In this document: positions 28,753 to 36,128 of the stretch, one piece after another
How positions within the stretch are numbered: the stretch's first letter is position 1
Layout of the letters: the number at the start of each line of letters is the position of its first letter
From: Nibricoccus sp.
GTDB taxonomy: Bacteria > Verrucomicrobiota > Verrucomicrobiia > Opitutales > Opitutaceae
NCBI GenBank assembly: GCA_047602425.1
Contig: JASGHG010000001.1
Location: 4,256,001-4,320,000 of the forward strand
Length of the DNA: 64,000 nt
Direction of reading: 5' to 3'
The notes under the pieces: model-generated
Told to the model about the DNA's origin: nothing
The model's database searches: none
What the model saw: the letters and a program-made list of their open reading frames with translations, nothing else
Made by a program: the position numbers and the translations under genes

Positions 28753-28841
28753 TTTCAGCCGGGCGAGTTGGAGGTTTCGGAAATGATCGGCCCCGTGACG
28801 GTCGAGCGCGTTCTGCGCCTCGCGCAGCGCCTGCTTCTCCA
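28753..28841. repeat. 89-bp direct repeat, copy 2
   Basis: Matches 27796-27884 at an offset of 957 bp. Confidence 0.95.
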
Positions 28842-28902
28842 AATGGGGGAATTCAGCTGACTTCGTCCTCTAGAAGTGCCACCAACTAGGGTTTGAGGAA
28901 AT

Positions 28903-30630
28903 ATGAAAACGGGAATTTTACCGCCTGAACTGAAATCCATATCCGAGCTTCTTACGAGCGACGTCCGATATGCAGTGCCGCGATACCAGCGGAACTTCGC
29001 TTGGACCAGTGACGAAGTGGAGGATTTTTGGGACGACCTGTGCGCTGCAGTAGCGCGAGGCAGTGAGTACTTTCTTGGAACAGTCGTGTTGCAGCGGAAG
29101 AACCACCAGCCGACTGAAATAATCGACGGTCAGCAGAGGCTGACATGTGTGAGTATGGTTTTCAGTGCCATTAGGGGTTACTTTCTATCAGTTAAAGACG
29201 ACCGGGCTGTTCAGGTATTCACCTCTTTTCTTGGCGCTAAAGGATTCAATCGTGCAGCAGCTGTTTCTCCGAAGCTTCAGCTAAACGACATTAACCACGA
29301 GACCTATCTATCCATGATCGTGGAAAGTAGAAGTATCAGTGAAATCGATGAGTATCTTTCGAAAAAGAAGAAAAGTCTCGATCAGTCGAATGTGGCCTTG
29401 CTGAAAGCATACCGGTTTTTGGTGGAGAAGGTAACAACAGGGGCCGCGAAAATCGGTGCTGATGCAGATGAAAAATTCATCGTCCCGCTGCTCAATTGTC
29501 TTCGCAATGCTGTTAAGCTGATCGCGATTCCAGTGCAGTCGGAAGAGGACGCGAATCTGTTTTTTGAGTCATTAAATGCGCGAGGTAGAGAATTGGCGGT
29601 AACCGATCTTCTCAAAAACCGCCTTTACGCAGAAGCACGTGATGAGGTGGTACGGATGCAGAAACATTGGCAGACAATGGTCGTGGAACTTGGTCGTAGG
29701 CCGATTCCTGAATATGTCAGGCACTACTGGATCGCTAAAAAAGCAACGGGGCTAGTTCGCGAAAAGGAGCTGTACAAGTATATCGTTCAAGAGATCGGAG
29801 GTAATCAAAAAGCAGCATTGGATCTTGCATCTGATTTGTCTTCTACGGCGTCAGACTATGCAAAGATTTCAGACTTTGATCTTTGGGAGGAAGACTCAGC
29901 TTATGACGCCGATTTCAACGACGCCATTGACGAACTGAAACTGTACCGTGTTACCCAGTGCAACCCGATTTTGCTGAATGGCATTCAGGTATTCAAAAAA
30001 CCCAAAGACGTTGCCAAGTTATTTCGCACGGTAGCTAATTTTTCGTTTCGATATTTTATAATCGGGAATCAGTCGCCGGGTAATCTCGAGCGTGAGTCCA
30101 ACCGAATCGCTGAAGGCATTAGGAATAAGACACTGAAAAAGCCGGAAGAAGTTGCGCAGGCGTTTGCGGCAATTAGCCCAGACCCGACATTCCGTGCAGA
30201 TTTTGAAGTCGCTCAGTTTACACGGTCACAAGCAAAACTGGCGCGCCATACATTGCGTAAAATCGCCGATCATCTAGATAGCACCACTAGCAAAGCTGGT
30301 GCGGAAAATATAGTGAATCGAAATGCCAAAGCAGTAAATTTAGAGCACGTACTGCCACAGAGTTTGGGACAGAAATGGAAAGCGGGGTTTTCCAGCGGCG
30401 TCGATGCGAGCCAGTTCATCTACCGTATTGGCAATTTGACCTTGCTCACAACCAAACTGAACGAAAAAGTCGCTGCTGCAGACTTTTCGAAGAAAAAGAA
30501 AGGAGCATTGGATGTGTCGGAATTAGCAATTAACCATTACTTTCGGAAATTGAGCCAATGGACCGACAAAGAAATCCATGCCAGACAAGTCGAGTTGGCA
30601 AAGGTAGCTACTGAGGTTTGGCGGCTTTGA
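28903..30630 (+). CDS. DUF262-DUF1524 (GmrSD-like) modification-dependent restriction / defence protein
   Basis: DUF262 motifs VPRYQRNFAW, IIDGQQRLT and FESLNARG. HNH-like DUF1524 motif LEHVLPQ...IGNLTLL...N. AT-richer than host genes. Confidence 0.9.
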   Translation: MKTGILPPELKSISELLTSDVRYAVPRYQRNFAWTSDEVEDFWDDLCAAVARGSEYFLGTVVLQRKNHQPTEIIDGQQRLTCVSMVFSAIRGYFLSVKDDRAVQVFTSFLGAKGFNRAAAVSPKLQLNDINHETYLSMIVESRSISEIDEYLSKKKKSLDQSNVALLKAYRFLVEKVTTGAAKIGADADEKFIVPLLNCLRNAVKLIAIPVQSEEDANLFFESLNARGRELAVTDLLKNRLYAEARDEVVRMQKHWQTMVVELGRRPIPEYVRHYWIAKKATGLVREKELYKYIVQEIGGNQKAALDLASDLSSTASDYAKISDFDLWEEDSAYDADFNDAIDELKLYRVTQCNPILLNGIQVFKKPKDVAKLFRTVANFSFRYFIIGNQSPGNLERESNRIAEGIRNKTLKKPEEVAQAFAAISPDPTFRADFEVAQFTRSQAKLARHTLRKIADHLDSTTSKAGAENIVNRNAKAVNLEHVLPQSLGQKWKAGFSSGVDASQFIYRIGNLTLLTTKLNEKVAAADFSKKKKGALDVSELAINHYFRKLSQWTDKEIHARQVELAKVATEVWRL

Positions 30631-30670
30631 AGTTGGTTTCCTTCGTGAATCAGCAGTCTTCTGAGGGCGT

Positions 30671-33190
30671 TCATGGCCGGCTGAACGGCGCGCTCGTGCC
30701 GTTCTTCCGCGTGTGGTGCCGGAAGAGCCAGCGGGCTAAGGCGGGCATGAGGATGATGGCGCCGAGCATGTTCACGAGGAACATGAAGGTTAGCAGGACG
30801 CCCATGTCGGCTTGGAATTTTAGGTCGGAGAATAACCACATGCTTACGCCAATGGCGAGGGTCAGGCCGGTGAAAACCACCGCGCTGCCGGTCTGGGTGA
30901 AGGCGAGGTACATGGCGTCTTCGAAATATTCTCCAGACTCAAGGGCGGCGCGAAGTTTGGCGTAGAGATAAATGCCGTAGTCCACCCCGATGCCGACGCC
31001 CAGGGCCACGACCGGGAGGGTGGACGTTTTTAGTCCGATCTGGAGGTAAACCATCACGACGTAGGCGAGCCAGGAAACGAGCGCGAGGGGTATCACGATG
31101 CAAAGCGTGGCTTTCCACGAGCGGAAAGTCAGCAGGCACAACCCGATGACAGCGCCAAAGACCCAGAGCAAAATGGGGAACTGCGCATCGTGCACGACCT
31201 CGTTGGTCGCGGCCATCACGCCGGCATTGCCGCTGGCGAGGCGGAATGTTGTGCCGGCCGGGTTGGGTGTAGGAGCGGGTTTATCCCGCGATGGATCGGC
31301 GGGATCGGGGCGTGAGGCCGCGGATGAGGAATCGCGGCGTAAAGCCTCGGCGGAATCGGAATCGCGGCGTAAAGCCGCTCCTACAGTTGGGGCGGAATGT
31401 TCGGCTTGGAAGGCTTTGACGGTGTCGGTGACGCTGCGGAGGGTTTCGGCTTTGTGATCGGTGAGGAAGATCATCATCGGCATGACGGAACCGTCGGCGT
31501 TGAGCAGGCCGGTGGCGGTTTCGATCGGCGAGACGGCTTGGGCGAGGGCGTTGGGGTGGCGCGGGAGGATGCGCCATTTGAGCGAGCCTTCGTTCCAGCC
31601 GGCGTTGACCATTTTGGCGACAGTGGGGACGCTGATCACGGATTTGACGCCGGGCAGGGCGCGCAGGCGGCCTTCGAGGTCGTCCATCAGGCTGAGCACG
31701 TCGTAATTGACGCAGCCGTTTGGTTCGGTTTCGACCATGACGGAAAGGATGTCGACGCCGATGCTGAATTTTTCGGTGATGAGGCGGCTGTCGCGATTAT
31801 AGCGGGAATTCTGGCGCAGTTCGGGCACGCCGGCGTGGAGATCGCCGATGCGGACCTCCTGGGATTTATACCAGGCGAAGACGCCGAGGATGGCGGAAAC
31901 GATGAGGATGGCGATCGACGGCTTGGGCTCCATGATGCGCGAAACCTTTCGCCAGAGGGCATCGGTGTGGACCTTGCGGGCGGCGACGCGGGTCTGGTAG
32001 CGCGCGGGGATCTTTTGGTAGGAGAGCAGGATCGGCAGGAGGAAGAGATTGGAAACGATGACAACAGCGACGCCGAGCGAGGCAGTGATGGCGAGTTCCT
32101 GGATGGTTTGGATTTTGATCACGAGCATCGTGAGGAAGCCAAACGTATCGGCGAGCAGCGCGGCGCCGCCGGGGATCAACAACTGGCGGAAAGCGCCACG
32201 TGCGGCGGAGACGTTGTCCTGTCCGGCAAACATCTCGGCGCGGAAGGCGCGGACCATTTGCACGGCATGGCTGACGCCGATGGCGAACACGAGGAAAGGG
32301 ACAAGGATGGAAAGCGGGTCGATGCCATAGCCAAGTGCGCTGAGCAGGCCGAGTTGCCAGACCACCGCCACGAACGAGCAGATGAGCGGCGGAATCGTCA
32401 TCCGCAGCGAATGCGAATAAAGATAAACCAACAGACCAGTAACAAAGAACGAGACGAAGAAGAAGACCACGACGCCGCGGGCGCCTTCGCTGACGTCGCC
32501 AATGACCTTGGCGAAACCGATGATGTGCACGCTGACCTCGTCGCTTTGGAATTTCTGGCGGATGCGCGTCTCGAGGTCGTGGGCGACGGCGATATAATCG
32601 AGTTTCTTGCCGGTGACGGGATCGGTTTCGATGAGTTGCGCGCTGATGATGGCGCCGGAAAAATCGTTGGCGACGAGCTGGCCGACCTTGCCGGACTTGA
32701 TGACGTTTTCGCGGACGACGGCGAGTTCCCCGGGGGTGTTTTGAAAACCGGCGGGAATGACGGTGCCGCCGGCAAAACCATCTTCCACCACCTCGACGTA
32801 ACGGGTGTTGGGCGTGAAAAGCGATTGCACCTGACTGCGCTCGACGCCGGGCATGAAGAAGACCTCGTCGGTCGCGGCTTTAAGCGTTTTGAAAAAAGCC
32901 GGGGTGAAAATGGTTGGGGCGGCGGGCGAGGACGTGGAGGAGGCTGGGGCGCCTTTGGCCATCAGGGCGATGATGACGCGATTGGCGCTGCCGAATTGTT
33001 CCTGATGCTTGGTGAAAGTCTGGATGTACGGATGCTGTAGCGGGAGTTGTTTATTGAAACTGGCGTCGACCCGGATGCGTGTGCAGTAAAACGCCATCAA
33101 TGCCGTAAGCGCCGCGAAGCCGAGGACGAGCACGAGGCGTCGACGAAAGACGAAGGCTTCAAGGGCGTTGGTGAGGGAGGCGAAGGACAT
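30671..33190 (-). CDS. MMPL/RND family transporter (DUF1329 operon) carrying an in-frame REP insertion
   Basis: Two RND halves: SILVPFLVFAIGVSHAVQ and TLPVVALGVGIGVDYGIY...LKFQADMG. Confidence 0.93.
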   Translation of the reverse strand: MSFASLTNALEAFVFRRRLVLVLGFAALTALMAFYCTRIRVDASFNKQLPLQHPYIQTFTKHQEQFGSANRVIIALMAKGAPASSTSSPAAPTIFTPAFFKTLKAATDEVFFMPGVERSQVQSLFTPNTRYVEVVEDGFAGGTVIPAGFQNTPGELAVVRENVIKSGKVGQLVANDFSGAIISAQLIETDPVTGKKLDYIAVAHDLETRIRQKFQSDEVSVHIIGFAKVIGDVSEGARGVVVFFFVSFFVTGLLVYLYSHSLRMTIPPLICSFVAVVWQLGLLSALGYGIDPLSILVPFLVFAIGVSHAVQMVRAFRAEMFAGQDNVSAARGAFRQLLIPGGAALLADTFGFLTMLVIKIQTIQELAITASLGVAVVIVSNLFLLPILLSYQKIPARYQTRVAARKVHTDALWRKVSRIMEPKPSIAILIVSAILGVFAWYKSQEVRIGDLHAGVPELRQNSRYNRDSRLITEKFSIGVDILSVMVETEPNGCVNYDVLSLMDDLEGRLRALPGVKSVISVPTVAKMVNAGWNEGSLKWRILPRHPNALAQAVSPIETATGLLNADGSVMPMMIFLTDHKAETLRSVTDTVKAFQAEHSAPTVGAALRRDSDSAEALRRDSSSAASRPDPADPSRDKPAPTPNPAGTTFRLASGNAGVMAATNEVVHDAQFPILLWVFGAVIGLCLLTFRSWKATLCIVIPLALVSWLAYVVMVYLQIGLKTSTLPVVALGVGIGVDYGIYLYAKLRAALESGEYFEDAMYLAFTQTGSAVVFTGLTLAIGVSMWLFSDLKFQADMGVLLTFMFLVNMLGAIILMPALARWLFRHHTRKNGTSAPFSRP
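31268..31385. repeat. GTAG-family REP doublet (REPIN) inside the MMPL coding sequence
   Basis: TGTAGGAGCGGGTTTATCCCGCGAT (31268-31292) and inverted ATCGCGGCGTAAAGCCGCTCCTACA (31361-31385), plus a partial copy at 31331-31346. Confidence 0.88.
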
Positions 33191-33246
33191 TACGGCGGAA
33201 ATCGGAGGTCAGAGATCGGACGGAGCACGAAAGAAGAATTTTTGGG

Positions 33247-33403
33247 AACCGCTAATTTGCGCTCATTGGCGCTAATTGTTTCGGAAGGGTTTTAACCACT
33301 TATAAGCGCTGAGGGACACTGATGACGGAGAGGAATATTTTTGACCGCTCCACCGTAGATGCATCGATTCGATTAAGTGCGCATCAGTGTTCATCAGTGG
33401 TTA
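33247..33403. repeat. Composite 10-bp-period repeat element with inverted arm (MMPL/YCF48 junction)
   Basis: cgctaatttg cgctcattgg cgctaattg; cacttataag cgctgaggga cactgatg; inverted arm attaagtgcgcatcagtgttcatcagtggtt. Confidence 0.75.
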
Positions 33404-33417
33404 AAAGGTTTGGATAT

Positions 33418-34323
33418 TTACTCAGGTTTGGGAAGGCGGGTGGCGCCGGCTTCGCCGAAGGCGAGGAGCGCGCCGTCGGGAGTTTCGAGCAGGGCGGCGA
33501 CGGCGGTGGTGAGGCCGGGGTTCCAGGCGGTGAAGGTGCGACCTTCGTCTTTGCTGACGAAGAAGGCGCGGGCCTGGCCGGCGAGGACGATGGCGCCGTT
33601 TTTCAATTTGATGGCGGCGAGGATCAGCGAAGGTGTGGCGAGCGGAATCGGTTGCCACGTGGCGCCGCGATCTTCGGAACGAAAGACGTGGCCGCGGAGG
33701 CCGAAGGCGAGGACGGCACGGCCGAGATCGAGCGTGCCGAAAAACGAGCCATCGTAGTCGGCGGGCGTGGCGATGAAGGTCGGTTCGGTGCGCGAGGCGC
33801 GGAGCAGGCTCCCGCGTTCGCCGGCGAGGAAGACGGCGTCAGAACCGGAGGCCGCGATGGCGTTGAGGTGCAGGTCTTCGGCGAGGACTTTGTGCGGCGT
33901 CCAAGTGTTGCCGCCATCATTGGTGGCGTAGAATGTACCGAAGGAACCGACGGCCCAGACGCGTTTGGCGTCGAGGGCGAGGACATCGAGAAAGGAGAGC
34001 TTCGGATCGTTAAGCTGCTGAATCCACGTCGCGCCGCCATCTGCGGTGTGCAAAATCGTACCGTCGTGGCCGACGATCCAGCCGTGTTGTTCGTCGGCAA
34101 AGCTGACGCCTGTGAGCGTGGCATGGGCGGGGGAAACGAGCGTTGTCCAAGTCTGGCCGGAGTCGGAAGAGCGGAGGATGCGGCCGCGTTCGCCGACGGC
34201 GAAAATGTTTTTCTGGACGACGGCGGCGTCGAGCAAAAGGCCATTGGCGGTGGCGGCTGGCTCGGCGGCGTGAACGCGGAGGGTGAGCAACAAGACGGTC
34301 GAAAATGAGAGGAAACGTTTCAA
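33418..34323 (-). CDS. YCF48/BNR-repeat beta-propeller protein
   Basis: Repeated AVGERGRILRSSDSGQTW, GWIVGHDGTILHTADGGATW and SEDRGATW Asp-boxes. TTG start at 34323 is preferred (ORF track gives 34359). Confidence 0.92.
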   Translation of the reverse strand: MKRFLSFSTVLLLTLRVHAAEPAATANGLLLDAAVVQKNIFAVGERGRILRSSDSGQTWTTLVSPAHATLTGVSFADEQHGWIVGHDGTILHTADGGATWIQQLNDPKLSFLDVLALDAKRVWAVGSFGTFYATNDGGNTWTPHKVLAEDLHLNAIAASGSDAVFLAGERGSLLRASRTEPTFIATPADYDGSFFGTLDLGRAVLAFGLRGHVFRSEDRGATWQPIPLATPSLILAAIKLKNGAIVLAGQARAFFVSKDEGRTFTAWNPGLTTAVAALLETPDGALLAFGEAGATRLPKPE

Positions 34324-34373
34324 GAAACGGAAGGTTGGCCACAAAAGCGCAAAAGGCACAGGAGGATTTTGGA

Positions 34374-34666
34374 ACCGCTAATTTGATTTTTTAGGAGGAA
34401 ACAGAGGGAGACGGAGGTTTTTTAACCACTTATGTCCACTGAACGGCACTTATGGATGGGGAAGGTCTTTTTAGCCAAGGATGGCATGGATTAACAGGGA
34501 TTGAAGGTGGAGCGCGTTGGCCTCAACGCGCTTGTAACGTCGCCCTAGAACCAGCGCATTGGAGTCAATGCGCTCCACCCTCAAAGCATCGATCGGAATA
34601 AGTGAGCATCAGTGCGCATAAGTGGTTGAGAAATTCATCCGTGCCGATCCGTGGAATCCGTGGTTA
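34374..34666. repeat. Composite element: 9-10-bp arrays, central REP doublet (34506-34579) and inverted arrays (YCF48/DUF1329 junction)
   Basis: cacttatgtc cactgaacgg cacttatgg ... GGTGGAGCGCGTTGGCCTCAACGCGCT / AGCGCATTGGAGTCAATGCGCTCCACC ... ataagtgagcatcagtgcgcataagtggtt ... atccgtgccgatccgtggaatccgtggtt. Confidence 0.8.
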
Positions 34667-34676
34667 AGAAGATCGA

Positions 34677-36104
34677 TCAGCGCGTGCCTTCGTTGGCGAG
34701 GGCGGTGGAGGAGAAATCGGAGGGGCTGCGCTTGAGCGAGAAGTCGTAGGCTTTGTGCTCGTTGTTAAGACCGACCACGAGATAGCGGCCGTTGGAAAGG
34801 TCGGTGTGGACTTCGAGTGCGCTCCAAAAGGTCGGGACCTCGTAGTAGTTGATGCAATGTGCCTCGGAGACGCGCCAGAGCACGCCGCGCGTGTCGTATT
34901 GATCGACGGCGAGGATCTGCCACGAGTCCTCGTCGACGTAGAAGGTGCGGCGGGCGTAAAGATGGCTGGAACCGGGCTTGACGGTGGCGTCGACGACCCA
35001 GACGCGGTGGAGCTCGTAGCGGGTGAGATCCTGGTTGATATGAAGTGGTTTCAGTATTTCCGAAATCTTCACTTTGTCGCTATGAAGCTGGTAGGAATTG
35101 TAGGGGACAATCAGTTCCTTTTTGCCGAGCAGTTTCCATTCATAGCGGTCGGGCGCGCCGTTATACATATCGAACTGATCGTTGGTACGCATGCCATCGG
35201 AGGCGGTGCCGGGTTCGTCGTAGGCAACCTTGGGAGCGAGGCGGACACGGCGCTGGCCGGGATTGTAGAGCCAGGCGTGGCGGGCTTCCTTCACCTGGTC
35301 CATCGTCTCATGCACGAGCAGAATCGAGCCGGCGTAGCGGGCGGGAGCGGTGGTGGCCTGCTTGTAATAGATCAGAATGTTTTTGAGATCCTGAGCGGTG
35401 ATGTCGGGGCGGACGTAGTTGAAAAGGAATTCGTCTTCGAACTGAACGAGACTGTAGCTGCCGTTGCGGAGCGGAGCGGCCTGCGCATAGGTGCGCGAAG
35501 CGGCGACCCCGCGGAACCGAACCAGATGATTCCAGATGACCTCGAGGCCGTTTTGAGGAACAGGGAACGGAATACCGACGAGCGCACCCTCGACGTTCGC
35601 GCCATTGTTGGCGAGGCGGGCCGTAGGCGCGATCTGCTTCGTGGCGTCGTAAATGCGTTGGGGATAGGAAGCGGTACGGTGGGTCGGGTAAACAGGGATT
35701 TTGTAATCGGCGTAGGTCTTCAACAATGCGATGTGGCCGGCGGTGAGGCGGCTCTCGTACTGAGCGAGATTGGCGGCCGTGACGGTATAGAGCGACGCCT
35801 CGTCGGCGAACGGCGCGGGATGATGATCGCCAATTTTGTATCCGGCAGGTGGTGTGGTGACGCCACCGTCCCACGCGGGGATGGTGCCATCGGCATTGCC
35901 GGCGCGCTCGGCACCGAGGGGCGTAAGGTCTTGACCGAGGCGGGCGAGGTCGGCGTCGCTGATCGTGGCGTGGGCCAAAGCGGCGGAGGTCAGAAGACAG
36001 AGGCCAGAAGCCAGAAGCCGGAGGACGGAGGTCGGATGCCGGAGGTCGGAGGGATGCTCTTCGGGGCGTGATGAAGACGAATCGGAAGTCGGGGAAATTT
36101 TCAT
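34677..36104 (-). CDS. DUF1329 domain periplasmic protein
   Basis: LTPLGAERAGNADGTIPAWDGG, VYPTHR, GIPFPVP, AWLYNPGQRRVR, NGAPDRYEWKLLGKKE and RYELHRVWVV. Confidence 0.93.
   Translation of the reverse strand: MKISPTSDSSSSRPEEHPSDLRHPTSVLRLLASGLCLLTSAALAHATISDADLARLGQDLTPLGAERAGNADGTIPAWDGGVTTPPAGYKIGDHHPAPFADEASLYTVTAANLAQYESRLTAGHIALLKTYADYKIPVYPTHRTASYPQRIYDATKQIAPTARLANNGANVEGALVGIPFPVPQNGLEVIWNHLVRFRGVAASRTYAQAAPLRNGSYSLVQFEDEFLFNYVRPDITAQDLKNILIYYKQATTAPARYAGSILLVHETMDQVKEARHAWLYNPGQRRVRLAPKVAYDEPGTASDGMRTNDQFDMYNGAPDRYEWKLLGKKELIVPYNSYQLHSDKVKISEILKPLHINQDLTRYELHRVWVVDATVKPGSSHLYARRTFYVDEDSWQILAVDQYDTRGVLWRVSEAHCINYYEVPTFWSALEVHTDLSNGRYLVVGLNNEHKAYDFSLKRSPSDFSSTALANEGTR
35982..36051. 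repeat. Ten degenerate heptamers encoding the DUF1329 signal-peptide region
   Basis: ggcggag gtcagaa gacagag gccagaa gccagaa gccggag gacggag gtcggat gccggag gtcggag. Confidence 0.8.
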
Positions 36105-36128
36105 GGCGTGGAGTAGTTTGGCCGGATT

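Noticed and set aside
27796..28841. 89-bp repeat pair as a DGR template/variable repeat
   Set aside because: The five differences are not confined to adenines on either strand, and no reverse transcriptase is present.
33247..34666. Short-period arrays as CRISPR or type III toxin-antitoxin RNA repeats
   Set aside because: Units are 7-10 bp, degenerate and lack unique spacers. No cas gene or toxin gene is adjacent.
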